Shown here: piece by piece, positions 1 to 9,704 of the stretch
How the letters are laid out: the number at the start of each line of letters is the position of its first letter
Numbering within the stretch: the first letter of the stretch is position 1
Source of the DNA: an uncultured Candidatus Peribacteria bacterium
GTDB lineage: Bacteria; Patescibacteriota; Gracilibacteria; UBA1369; GWF2-33-10
Assembly: GCA_964511025.1 (NCBI GenBank)
Contig: CAZEDK010000002.1
Coordinates: forward strand, 1-59,147
Length of the DNA: 59,147 nucleotides
Direction: 5' to 3'
The notes under the pieces: generated by a model
Told to the model about the DNA's origin: nothing
Seen by the model: the letters and a program-made list of their open reading frames with translations, nothing else
The model's database searches: none
Translations under genes and position numbers: made by a program

Positions 1-361
1 CCGTTAATAATATGCCATTTGTATAAAAATTAATCTTATATGCAGCCTTCTTGTCTTTTGCATATTCAATCATTCGCGGTAGTTCTGGATGCAACAATGG
101 CTCTCCATCCTTATTTATAGTAATTATGAGTCGTTTGCCATAGAGAATGCTCTCGTCAATAACTTTTTGGAAGAGATTAAAATCCATGTAACCAAAAGGT
201 CTATTTAGTTCTCTGGGACACATTGAGCATTGCAGGTTACAATAATTGGTTGGTTCAATATTAAACCGTATAGGAAAATCAAAAGAGATTTTTTTTTGTA
301 AAACCATCCTACGAACAAAGTGAAATCTTTTGAGCTGTTCAATAAACTTAATATCAATCAT
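1..361 (-). CDS. Radical SAM enzyme, N-terminal part only (CDS runs off the window at its 3' end); probably SPASM-type
   Basis: Not in the ORF track. The reverse complement from the ATG at 359-361 reads MIDIKFIEQLKRFHFVRRMVLQKKISFDFPIRFNIEPTNYCNLQCSMCPRE...ITINKDGEPLLHPELPRMIEYAK...FYTNGILL. It has the CX3CX2C cluster motif (CNLQCSMC) and a GEPLLHP motif, and it stays open to position 1. Confidence 0.8.
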   Translation of the reverse strand, partial: MIDIKFIEQLKRFHFVRRMVLQKKISFDFPIRFNIEPTNYCNLQCSMCPRELNRPFGYMDFNLFQKVIDESILYGKRLIITINKDGEPLLHPELPRMIEYAKDKKAAYKINFYTNGILLT

Positions 362-387
362 GTTCAACAAAATAGTATTTACGGGAT

Positions 388-2490
388 TTATTTTACCTTG
401 TAGATAACAGCAGTGCCGAGATTGGGAATACTATAATAATGGACTAGTTCTAGGAAAGAAGCTTTTTGGTAATCTTGAATCAAATTACCTGATTGAAGGG
501 CAGAAATAAAGATATGAGTTACATTGGATTTTTTTAGAATATTGTAAGCGCCTGGCTGTAAAATGTTATTGTAAATGTCAAGTAATTTATTTTTATTTAT
601 TGATTCTCCACCTTTAATTTTCAAATGAAACTCTGCATTTATATCCAATGGTCTGCTACTAATTGCTCTTCTTTCGGCTATAATTGGAGTCCAATCTGTT
701 GTCCAGTATTCTACCCCATTCGCAAGTTTAATGGGGTTTCTAGGATTAAGAATCAAACAATTGTCAAAAGTTGTATTATTACAAAACCACTGAAGTGCTT
801 GATAATCAGTTTCCAACAACCATTCAGGATATCGTAAGTAATTTTTATATTCGTAATATTGAAATATAGACAAAAAAACTATTGAAATAAATAGAGCACC
901 GAATTTTTTAAATGTTGTAATATTTATAAATTTAACAAACCCAAGAACTGTACTTATTGTATAAGCTGCAGCGATGGGAAAAACAATTGTAAAAGACATC
1001 CAACCTACTGAAAAGGTATTTGGATACAAAAATGGTGTTGTAAAACTACCATTAGCTCCTAAAAACCAGTCCGGCCTCGGTGTAAAATGGAACCACCTAA
1101 ATCCTATAAGACGGTAAACCTTCCAATGTATAATCAGTGCAACCATAATCAAGGCATGTGTACCTAAAAAAACCAATATTTTATCTCTGTATACAAAAAA
1201 GATTCCTATCCCTATAAACGATAAAACAAGGAAAATAGGATTATGCCAGTATTTAAGTGTTGGAATTAAATGAGTCGCATACTGACTGAAAAGATTTTCG
1301 AAGTCTACTGTCTTATAACTGCCACTTGCATTCATTAGGGATGGGATAACAATAATAATACATGTAAAAATAGAAACTATTAAAACCGAATAATCTTTAA
1401 AGTAACTTTTGTTTACAGAAATTAAATACAAAAGAAAAAATACTCCAAGAGATATTACAAACCAAAGAAATATATCTGTCTGGCTTAATGCCGACACCGA
1501 AAATACAAATCCGGCTGATATAGCAATAATGGTTGCAAGTTTTCTAGACTTTTCATTTAATGCATGTTGCAAAAGAATTAAAAAACTAGCAATAGAAAGA
1601 TAGCTTAACAGTTCCGTTGTGTTGCCATCGTTATACATTGTTAGATAAGCTTTGTTTAAAGTTAAAATTCCCGCAATAAAAGCCAGTAGCATGTTCCGGT
1701 TAGAAAGAAAATATGCAAGTAAAAAAACTGCTAAGACAAAATAAGCCCCACATACCGCAGTAACGGACATACATTCTTTATAAATTAAAGACATTTTCAT
1801 TTTTGAAAATAATACAACAATTACGTTAAAACAGGGAGGATAATTTATATAAGCTTTTGTTTCATTCAAAAATGGGTAAACAACGGGAAAACCCTGTTTT
1901 TTCATTAAAAGCTGGAGATAACTCGAACCTTGTGCATCAACATCGGGTGGAACATTATTATTGGCCCACATTAAAGAATGCCACAAAAAGGCTATCAATA
2001 AAACAATTACTGGTATACAAATTTCGTTGATATTAATTTCTTTATTTTTAAAACCTATTTTTCTTTTAAACCAGACTAACAGACATATTGGCAATGCAAA
2101 ACCAACAACAAAATAAACCACTGGATTCATTGGAACCCTCAAAAAAGCCATTACTCCCCATAGTCCTGCAGAAAAAGGTAGCCCGAAACACAAGCTCAAA
2201 ATAACCGTTTCTGATATGTTCTTTTCTGAAAATAACAGACGTGAGATAAGTATCCCTAAAGGAAATGTAAAAATTACAATCAGCAATAGAGAAATACTAT
2301 TAGAATAGACATTTTTAGTAGTAAAAGAAAAAAATATTATTAATACAATCTCAATAAAAATTGTTGTGAATAAAATATAACTGTAAATACTTAAATGGCA
2401 TAAATTCTTTTTTTGTTCAATAAGGTTGTTTTTTGGTTGATTTAAAAGAGTATTATTCGACATCTTTGACCTCAACTGATGTGTGCCCAA
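388..2490 (-). CDS. Large polytopic membrane protein with a hydrophilic C-terminal domain; GT-C-like glycosyltransferase or polymerase candidate
   Basis: 700-aa ORF. Roughly the first 540 aa are consecutive hydrophobic helices, followed by a soluble tail of about 150 aa. No family motif was recognised with certainty. The start may be Met10 (2463), which would reduce the overlap with the upstream gene. Confidence 0.6.
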   Translation of the reverse strand: MGTHQLRSKMSNNTLLNQPKNNLIEQKKNLCHLSIYSYILFTTIFIEIVLIIFFSFTTKNVYSNSISLLLIVIFTFPLGILISRLLFSEKNISETVILSLCFGLPFSAGLWGVMAFLRVPMNPVVYFVVGFALPICLLVWFKRKIGFKNKEININEICIPVIVLLIAFLWHSLMWANNNVPPDVDAQGSSYLQLLMKKQGFPVVYPFLNETKAYINYPPCFNVIVVLFSKMKMSLIYKECMSVTAVCGAYFVLAVFLLAYFLSNRNMLLAFIAGILTLNKAYLTMYNDGNTTELLSYLSIASFLILLQHALNEKSRKLATIIAISAGFVFSVSALSQTDIFLWFVISLGVFFLLYLISVNKSYFKDYSVLIVSIFTCIIIVIPSLMNASGSYKTVDFENLFSQYATHLIPTLKYWHNPIFLVLSFIGIGIFFVYRDKILVFLGTHALIMVALIIHWKVYRLIGFRWFHFTPRPDWFLGANGSFTTPFLYPNTFSVGWMSFTIVFPIAAAYTISTVLGFVKFINITTFKKFGALFISIVFLSIFQYYEYKNYLRYPEWLLETDYQALQWFCNNTTFDNCLILNPRNPIKLANGVEYWTTDWTPIIAERRAISSRPLDINAEFHLKIKGGESINKNKLLDIYNNILQPGAYNILKKSNVTHIFISALQSGNLIQDYQKASFLELVHYYSIPNLGTAVIYKVK

Positions 2491-3307
2491 ACTGTTGGAA
2501 TCTGTTAGTTTTCAATTTAACATCACATGGATTGCAATGTCCAAACACATCACAACCACGGAATTTATCTTCTATCACAAAATTTTCATCAAGTATGTTA
2601 CCTATAAACTTTCTACCTTCATAGAGGTCGCTGTGGCATCTGTAAACATCCCCGTTACTTCCAATGATGAGCTCGGTTGTCTTGCATGATACTTTTTTAA
2701 CAAACTTTTTGTCACACGCTCCTTCATAACGATAAGTACCGTACATCACTCCATTATATTCACCAAGAAACTCTTTTGTACGAAAATCTATTCCTAAAGA
2801 GCTACAATATTCCTTCGCCCTTAATATCTCAGCTTCTTGTGCCGGATGCATAACACCCCAAATCCCAATACTAAAACCATTATTTTGGAATTTAAGAACT
2901 TTCTTAACCAACGGTTCAAGTTGCGTGGTTTCAGGATGATAACTAACTCTGATAGAAGCATATGGAGATTTCCTTTTAATCCTGTTTGGATTTACATTAC
3001 GTATAAACGCGTCTTCATCAAATTGTAAATTAGTCAGGATATCAATATTAAGTTCCGATTTTATATTGTTTAATATATGAATAAAATCCTTATGAAGACT
3101 TGGTTCTCCTCCCTGAAGAGAAATGGGAAGATCGTCCCTGGAGACAATTCTATTTAATCCCTTTACCCAGTCTTTTCCAGAAAGGTGTTTTTTTATGAAC
3201 TTACCTTCTTCGAAATAATTAATGCAATAACTGCACTTAAGATTACAGGTAAGGGATAAAAAAACAGCAATGTAATTATAAGATTGTGGAATAATAATAG
3301 GTTTCAT
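2453..3307 (-). CDS. Small radical SAM enzyme with a Cys-rich (twitch/SPASM-like) C-terminus
   Basis: 284 aa. Motifs: LTCNLKCSYCINYF (CX3CX2C), SLQGGEPSLH, and the C-terminal cysteines ...VYRCHSD...GCDVFGHCNPCDV. Confidence 0.8.
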   Translation of the reverse strand: MKPIIIPQSYNYIAVFLSLTCNLKCSYCINYFEEGKFIKKHLSGKDWVKGLNRIVSRDDLPISLQGGEPSLHKDFIHILNNIKSELNIDILTNLQFDEDAFIRNVNPNRIKRKSPYASIRVSYHPETTQLEPLVKKVLKFQNNGFSIGIWGVMHPAQEAEILRAKEYCSSLGIDFRTKEFLGEYNGVMYGTYRYEGACDKKFVKKVSCKTTELIIGSNGDVYRCHSDLYEGRKFIGNILDENFVIEDKFRGCDVFGHCNPCDVKLKTNRFQQFGHTSVEVKDVE

Positions 3308-3419
3308 TATTAAGATTAATGATTTGCTACTGTTTTTATTAGTTGAGACTTTGGCATTACATAAAAATTTTATTTAGCGTTGAAATACCGGAGTTAACAA
3401 ATAAAAAGGAGATGCATAT

Positions 3420-4799
3420 TTATTTGTTTAAATCCATTAACAAATTTTTATAATATATGAATTCGCTATAATCGAAACTATTTGTGTTGTTTCGTTTCAT
3501 CCCAAAAATCTCGGTAAATTTCCTTGTTATCAATTTTAAATTTCGTCGAAAATTAACAACATTAAAAATATTCTGGTTTAATAATATTTTAATAATTCGC
3601 TGGATATTCACCACGTCGTATTCATTTTGAGTTATAAGATTATTCTTAGCCCCTAAACCAACTTGAAATTTAGATATGCCATCTATCATCTCAAGTAAAA
3701 ATTTCTTTTGTGGATTACACCAGATTGCCATCCACATGTACTGGAACCAGTCGTTACTACCCTTAGGGTGAATTACTGCAATTCTAAACAAATTTTCGGC
3801 ATATTCTTTTATCTTTTTTGGGTCTCGTTCTTCAGCAGGAATTCTTTCAACACAAACTTCTAACCAATTCCTCCCAGATGCATCAACACTTGTAATATCA
3901 GGATTAATTCGAAAGTACTTAAGTTTCCAATAACTATCAAGTACTGGGCAAATAAGGTTACCGTCATCATAACTTGTTTCACAATATATTTGTTTATTAA
4001 CTAAAAAATAATTCCAACTATAAAACATTTTAACATTAATAATGCCTTGAATAAAATTCATCCAGAATTTTACGGCTTCCCCTGTCATTTCCTGTAAACT
4101 GCCCGTGTTTATTAAAAGATCAAAATCTTCCTGAGCTATTGTATGACAAAACTGAACAGGTACAAAAACAAAATCATATTTGTCTAAATTCACTCTATTG
4201 TTATCTTTTATATATATAGTTTTTGCATCAGGAAAATTTGTAGCTATAAAAACCTGTGCAAAAAAAAGCGATTCAGGCAGATCAATCATTACATAATGTA
4301 TAGATCGGTTCATAATCTTAAATATTCTTGCTAATCCCCCATACCCACTACCAATTTCTATAATTCTTTTAGGCCCAAATTCATAATCAAATGTATATAC
4401 ACTTCTTAAATAAATATTTACATGTGTTAAAAAAATATTACTAAATTTAAACCCATCAATAATTTCACTGGTTCTTTTGTCGGAATAAATCGATTCTTCT
4501 AAACCATTTTCAAACGCCTTTTTAAAATTAAACCATGGGAAAAGACGCTCCAATTCTCTCATTTTGAAATCAATTACACCTCTAACATTCCCTCTGCGAT
4601 GATCAAATCCTACTTTGGAACTATTTTGCGCATACAATATTGCCTCATCGCAGGTTTTGAAATTAATTATATCTCTACTAATATTTCTCCTATTGCTATC
4701 CCACCATGTACTTATTGTAAAATCATTCGGATACTCAATTTTCTCAACATCCTTATAACAACTTATTGCAAATTTTAAAATGTTATTATACTTAGTCAT
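3420..4799 (-). CDS. Class I SAM-dependent methyltransferase-like protein (putative sugar O-methyltransferase)
   Basis: 459 aa. A Gly-rich SAM-binding motif (IIEIGSGYGGLARIF) is followed by an acidic beta-2 end (VMIDLPE). The long N- and C-terminal extensions have unknown function. Confidence 0.55.
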   Translation of the reverse strand: MTKYNNILKFAISCYKDVEKIEYPNDFTISTWWDSNRRNISRDIINFKTCDEAILYAQNSSKVGFDHRRGNVRGVIDFKMRELERLFPWFNFKKAFENGLEESIYSDKRTSEIIDGFKFSNIFLTHVNIYLRSVYTFDYEFGPKRIIEIGSGYGGLARIFKIMNRSIHYVMIDLPESLFFAQVFIATNFPDAKTIYIKDNNRVNLDKYDFVFVPVQFCHTIAQEDFDLLINTGSLQEMTGEAVKFWMNFIQGIINVKMFYSWNYFLVNKQIYCETSYDDGNLICPVLDSYWKLKYFRINPDITSVDASGRNWLEVCVERIPAEERDPKKIKEYAENLFRIAVIHPKGSNDWFQYMWMAIWCNPQKKFLLEMIDGISKFQVGLGAKNNLITQNEYDVVNIQRIIKILLNQNIFNVVNFRRNLKLITRKFTEIFGMKRNNTNSFDYSEFIYYKNLLMDLNK

Positions 4800-4917
4800 T
4801 TTTGATTCTCTAATACATCCTTCTTGATCTGGATTTTCTCAATTCTAAACTATGAATTATTTCCCCTTACCTTCATTTTGATAAAGTTTTCTTTGTGAAT
4901 CAACTCTTAATCATACT

Positions 4918-6321
4918 TTAGATAAGTTCCAGAACCAATTTGCATAATGTTTCACTTAATTGTGCCATTAAAAAGCCTTTTTTTCGCATGTTAACAAAGA
5001 ATTCATTATTCTCAATGGCATTATCAATCTTTTCTAATAGCTTTCTCACCATAGGGTCTCTAGGTAAAAAGCGCACAGGAATACGAATTATTTCTGATTT
5101 AGTACCATTTATTGACGGTATAGTATTACACTTGTATTCGACAAGATCCCAGTGATCATAATACCAAGAACCAGCATAAGCCTTAATAAACGGTTCAACT
5201 GTAACTGTATTTCTTTTGTTTTGTAAAATTTTTAAACAAAATTCTGCTGTTCTCTTCACATCGTCTACTTCTGCCTCAGGCTGGCAAAGGATAATATTAA
5301 TATGAACTGGAAGATCAACGGCACGAGTAATTTCAAGAAAATTATCTACATCTTTTACGCGTTGTCCTTTACGAATCTTTTTCAATAGCGAATCTGAATA
5401 CGACTCTATACCACAAGAAAGCTTTCGGAAACCGGCACGTTTCATTACATCCAGCACTTCTGCATCAAAGTCAGTAATCCTGGAAGAAGCAACATATGTT
5501 ACTTTAATGCCTTCTTTAATTGCAAGATTACACCACTCTATAGTGTTTTGGCGGTTATGACATGCATTGTCATCGTGGAAATAGATTGTCTTAGTTTCTG
5601 GAACCTGCGTCAGTACCCTTTTTAAAATGTTTACTAATTCTCTGGGAGGCAGAGTAACCACTTTTGTTCCTGCTGGAACTGCCTGCCGGATGAAACGTGT
5701 AGTTGAACAAAACTTGCATCCTTGAGGGCAATAATTAGTAATATAAAGATTTATACAATTCGTGCTGACCACATCACCACTCGTAACAGTGGAATTACGC
5801 TTCCAATATTCCTTTATTGGTAATTTACTTAGATCTACGCTTGTCGCCCTAACGAGTTCGTCCATTGTTAAAACAGTTGAAAAGGAAAAGTCTTTCGCTA
5901 ATGTACTCGGTGGAAGTTTTAAGTGAACACGCCCTTCTAAAAAGTATTCCAATGCTTTTTCACCCTCTCCCATTATGATGTAGTCAGTCACATCTAGATC
6001 AAGTAATTGTTGATAATTGCAAGTTGCTTCAACACCACCCAACACAATCATTGTATGAGGAAAAAGTTTTCTGGCATAACGCATCAATGCAACGTCATTA
6101 TGAAGGTTATCTTTCGTAGGAGAAAACCCAATAACATCATAGTTCCCGCAATTTTCTAAATAAGAAACAGGATCTTCTACATTAGGATCGAGTACATTTA
6201 CATCGTGTTTATCTTTTAGCCAATGCTGGATGCGGTAAAGCCCCATCGGTGGAGAGAGATAATATCCAAGGACTTTTTTATCATTAGTCCACGAAGAAAC
6301 TAGCAAAAGACGCTTTCTCAT
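4918..6321 (-). CDS. Class B (B12-binding domain) radical SAM enzyme
   Basis: 467 aa. The N-terminal region looks Rossmann-like (RLLLVSS...GLYRIQHWL...DVIGFS...IVLGGVEAT), followed by YITNYCPQGCKFCST (CX3CX2C). Confidence 0.8.
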   Translation of the reverse strand: MRKRLLLVSSWTNDKKVLGYYLSPPMGLYRIQHWLKDKHDVNVLDPNVEDPVSYLENCGNYDVIGFSPTKDNLHNDVALMRYARKLFPHTMIVLGGVEATCNYQQLLDLDVTDYIIMGEGEKALEYFLEGRVHLKLPPSTLAKDFSFSTVLTMDELVRATSVDLSKLPIKEYWKRNSTVTSGDVVSTNCINLYITNYCPQGCKFCSTTRFIRQAVPAGTKVVTLPPRELVNILKRVLTQVPETKTIYFHDDNACHNRQNTIEWCNLAIKEGIKVTYVASSRITDFDAEVLDVMKRAGFRKLSCGIESYSDSLLKKIRKGQRVKDVDNFLEITRAVDLPVHINIILCQPEAEVDDVKRTAEFCLKILQNKRNTVTVEPFIKAYAGSWYYDHWDLVEYKCNTIPSINGTKSEIIRIPVRFLPRDPMVRKLLEKIDNAIENNEFFVNMRKKGFLMAQLSETLCKLVLELI

Positions 6322-6349
6322 ATATTGTTATCCTCCTATTTTATCTTGC

Positions 6350-7138
6350 TTAAGAACAAATCTTGTTCGTCAAAATTCGCTCTAGTTTTTTCCTTCTAAA
6401 TGCTGTAACTGAAGATGCATCCAACTCTTTTGGTTGTTCAGAAAACAACAACTCCGCTAGTAACCTACTCATATTTAATGAAAGGTTTAGTATGCTTTTA
6501 ATACTAAAAGCTTTAGATTTTCCAGATGCCCGTGGACGTGTATAATACGGCACCTCAGCATACAGGTAGCCACGGCGAACAGTCTTACATAAAAGTTCAG
6601 TTTGATAAAAAAACCCGTGACTTTTCAGCTTAATATCTTTAAGAATAGAACGTCTATATAATACCAGTCCATTTGAGTGATGAACATTAAGTCCAAATAA
6701 AATTCTTATCATAAATGTATAAATACCCGACATTAACCTGCGGAACGGAGAACGAACTGTCTCGTTTACAATAAAGGGCACAACAATATCAACATTTGAA
6801 AGCTCATGAAGGTACAAGAGCATTTCTGCAGGGAGCATCTCATTATCTCCTGGATATAATACCACTGCCTCGTTATTCGCCCTTGACACACCCTCCCAAA
6901 AAGAATAACCTATTCCTTTGGGAGTATCATGATGAATTACAAAGATTCTTTTATCTGTTTTTCGTAGTTCCTCCGCAATATTTCCAGTATTGTCAGTACT
7001 TCCATCGTTAACTATAATAAGTTCTCCATTAACATTAGCTTCGTCCAGCGCCCTAATAGTACACTCAACTGCCGCCTTAATATTACCTTCTTCATTAAGT
7101 GCAGGCATAACAATTGTTATATTGACATTAAAATTCAT
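6350..7138 (-). CDS. GT2 glycosyltransferase, Dpm1-like (polyprenyl-phosphate sugar synthase type), no TM tail
   Basis: 262 aa. Motifs: ITIVMPALNEEGNI, LIIVNDGSTDNT, and a DxD-like YPGDNEM. Confidence 0.75.
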   Translation of the reverse strand: MNFNVNITIVMPALNEEGNIKAAVECTIRALDEANVNGELIIVNDGSTDNTGNIAEELRKTDKRIFVIHHDTPKGIGYSFWEGVSRANNEAVVLYPGDNEMLPAEMLLYLHELSNVDIVVPFIVNETVRSPFRRLMSGIYTFMIRILFGLNVHHSNGLVLYRRSILKDIKLKSHGFFYQTELLCKTVRRGYLYAEVPYYTRPRASGKSKAFSIKSILNLSLNMSRLLAELLFSEQPKELDASSVTAFRRKKLERILTNKICS

Positions 7139-7177
7139 ATTAAAGTTTTGCTATGAAGAATACTACACAAATATTTG

Positions 7178-8281
7178 TTAAATGAAATTTATATGCATCG
7201 GCGGGTTAACATCTTCTCTTTTTAAAATGGCATTTTCGTGCTTTAAAGTCCATAAACACTCATTTACTTTATGTTGTAAGCATAAGGAACCGCACATTGT
7301 TCTTGCGTCAAATTTTTCTGACGCAATTAAATTAATTACTTCCCAATAACGATCACCCTGCCAGATTTTTTTAAATGGAGTATCAACAATGTTGCCAATA
7401 TGATACTTCTTATATCTATCATTAAAAAGCATACCGCATGGTACTACTAATCCTGACCCTGAAAACTGCATAATAAAAGGAGGTCCATAACAACGACTAT
7501 AATTACGTTTCCCACCACTTAAGATTTTAGACCACTTAGCCTTTACAAGATATTTGTCATCTGAATATGTTTCTGCCTCCTTTAATATATCCACCATGTC
7601 ATTGTATTTTGAATAATCTACACCAAGGGTTCCCATTTCATCATCACTACAATGCTTTATAACCAGATAATCAACGCCTAGTTTCTTTCCAAGATTTGAT
7701 AAAGGAATAACCTGATCTACCACCTCCGGCAACAGTATCATTTGTAAACCAATCGTTACATCAAGATTTTTCTCATGCTTTATTTTTACACATGTCTTTA
7801 TTGTATTTATAATCTTAAAATAACATTCTTTTTTACAAATGTGAATGGCAGCGTATTTGTCAGCTTCTGCGGCTGAAATATTAAATCTGAGATATGTCAA
7901 AGCCGGCAGGATATCCTCCAATCGTTCTTCTTTCAGAAGGTAGCCATTTGTACCCAAAGCCATATCTAAGCCGTTTGACTTTCCCCTTAAAATAGCGTCA
8001 TACAAATGGGGAGAGCAAGTACTCTCGCCATCGCTTACAAAACTGATTGCTTTTACCCCAATTTCTGCTGCATCATCAAGAAACCTGAAAATAACATCTT
8101 TGGACATACGCTTCTCATCATTCGTCTGAAGCATACCATAACAATAAATACATCTGTATGTGCATCTTCGAGTCAAAGCACAGTCAATAGTAATGGGCGC
8201 AATCCTCTCGCCTCTTAACCACGTATCAACTCGGTTTTTATGCCAGGCAAGCTTATGCCCATCAAGAACTATCTCGCCCAT
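7178..8281 (-). CDS. Radical SAM enzyme (twitch/SPASM-like), paralogue of 9705..10823
   Basis: 367 aa. Motifs: ALTRRCTYRCIYCYG (CX3CX2C) and C-terminal cysteines (CYGPP...VVPCG...CGSLCLQ). It shares N-terminal HKL.xH..RV..WL.GE.I.PI and a C-terminal H(I/V)NFI end with the 372-aa paralogue. Confidence 0.8.
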   Translation of the reverse strand: MGEIVLDGHKLAWHKNRVDTWLRGERIAPITIDCALTRRCTYRCIYCYGMLQTNDEKRMSKDVIFRFLDDAAEIGVKAISFVSDGESTCSPHLYDAILRGKSNGLDMALGTNGYLLKEERLEDILPALTYLRFNISAAEADKYAAIHICKKECYFKIINTIKTCVKIKHEKNLDVTIGLQMILLPEVVDQVIPLSNLGKKLGVDYLVIKHCSDDEMGTLGVDYSKYNDMVDILKEAETYSDDKYLVKAKWSKILSGGKRNYSRCYGPPFIMQFSGSGLVVPCGMLFNDRYKKYHIGNIVDTPFKKIWQGDRYWEVINLIASEKFDARTMCGSLCLQHKVNECLWTLKHENAILKREDVNPPMHINFI

Positions 8282-8359
8282 TTGTTCTCCCCATTTCTAT
8301 CATCTTTTTATTTACTATAACATTTTATTCCACAAGCTATATTCTTTTGCCAGTTATAC

Positions 8360-8857
8360 TCACACCCTGAAGTATCCTGGTTTTGGATCAGTAATCCAAT
8401 CTTTCACCATTTTATTAAGATCCTTTTCCCCCCCTTCATAAGGATCAAACACCTTCATATTTATTAATTGCATAATTTTCTTGTCGTCTTCGCCACAGCA
8501 GTGCGAAGGTCCCAAAAATTTGAAGTAATCGTTTACTCCAGTCGCAATAAATTTAACATTCAAGTTTTGCATCACAACATCATTTCGTATCTGTTCGATA
8601 GCACGAAAAACAAGGAAATTCACAATTGAATACACAACCGGGATCAAACCTGTCATTGCCATACCGGCGGCAATACCAACAGTTCCTTGTTCCATCATAC
8701 CCATATTAAAAATCTTCTCAGGAAATTTTTCCTTAAATTTATCAGTAACTCCAAATCCCATATCACAAACAAGTAAAACAATCCTCTTATCTCTTTTAGC
8801 ATAAGGTATAATGCTGTTTATAATATCCTTCCTATAATTTTCACCATTATCACTCAT
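8360..8857 (-). CDS. Transketolase-family Pyr (pyrimidine-binding) domain subunit, lacking the usual C-terminal domain
   Basis: 165 aa. Motifs: FNMGMMEQGTVGIAAGMAMTGLIPVVYSIVNFLVFRAIEQIRNDV and GPSHCCGEDD. The ORF ends right after the Pyr domain (PGYFRV). An 8-nt overlap couples it to the PP-domain subunit gene upstream. Confidence 0.75.
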   Translation of the reverse strand: MSDNGENYRKDIINSIIPYAKRDKRIVLLVCDMGFGVTDKFKEKFPEKIFNMGMMEQGTVGIAAGMAMTGLIPVVYSIVNFLVFRAIEQIRNDVVMQNLNVKFIATGVNDYFKFLGPSHCCGEDDKKIMQLINMKVFDPYEGGEKDLNKMVKDWITDPKPGYFRV

Positions 8858-9665
8858 AACAGTTTCCCATTTTTAATTCATCTGCTGTAGGAATACGGAA
8901 ATGAAATTTTGGAACATTTTCCATACAATTTAATCCATATCCCTTAATAGTGTTTGCTATTAATACTTGAGGTGCAAAGAGGTTTTTCTGATTTTTTACC
9001 CATTTTTCAACAATGGAAATAATCCTTTTAATATCATGTCCATCGCAGGTATTTACCTCAAATCCAAAAGCCTTCATTTTCCTCTGTAAATCATCCCTTC
9101 TCTCTTCCACAGTTAATACGTTCTTCAAAAAATCCATAGCTTGTAATGTATTGTGATCAATGATTACTGTTAAATTCGACAACTTATGTTTGACAGCAAA
9201 TTGAATCGCCTCCCAATTTGATCCTTCTTGCATTTCACCGTCACCAACAATACAATAAATTCTGTATGTTTTTTTCTGTAATTTTGCCCCAAAAGCTACA
9301 CCAACGGCCATTGGTAATCCATGACCAAGTGAACCACAACTTGCTTCTAAACCGTTTTTTACGCGTCGTTCCAAACATCCTGATAAAAAACTCCCTTTGT
9401 AGAATTTCTCCCAATCATGACATTTAATATATCCTATATCAGCAAGAATTGCATAAAGACCATAGCATCCATGTGCTTTGGAAAATATAAGACGATCCCT
9501 CTCCTCCCATTGTGGGTAGCTTGAAAGACGCATTATTTTGTAATAAAGTGCAATCAAAATATCAACGCAGGAAAGCGAAGGAGCAATGTGTCCGGCTCCA
9601 TTTCGAATGGCGATCTCTACTAAATTTTTGCGTGTTTGATTTGCTTTTTTACATAGACTGACCAT
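8850..9665 (-). CDS. Transketolase-family N-terminal (ThDP / PP-domain) subunit
   Basis: 271 aa. Motifs: HIAPSLSCVDIL, SKAHG, GSLGHGLP, and the ThDP motif GDGEMQEGSNWEA...NLTVIIDHN. Confidence 0.85.
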   Translation of the reverse strand: MVSLCKKANQTRKNLVEIAIRNGAGHIAPSLSCVDILIALYYKIMRLSSYPQWEERDRLIFSKAHGCYGLYAILADIGYIKCHDWEKFYKGSFLSGCLERRVKNGLEASCGSLGHGLPMAVGVAFGAKLQKKTYRIYCIVGDGEMQEGSNWEAIQFAVKHKLSNLTVIIDHNTLQAMDFLKNVLTVEERRDDLQRKMKAFGFEVNTCDGHDIKRIISIVEKWVKNQKNLFAPQVLIANTIKGYGLNCMENVPKFHFRIPTADELKMGNCYE

Positions 9666-9704
9666 TTAATATCATTTATTGTTTGCTTAAAATTATCAAA
9701 AAAG

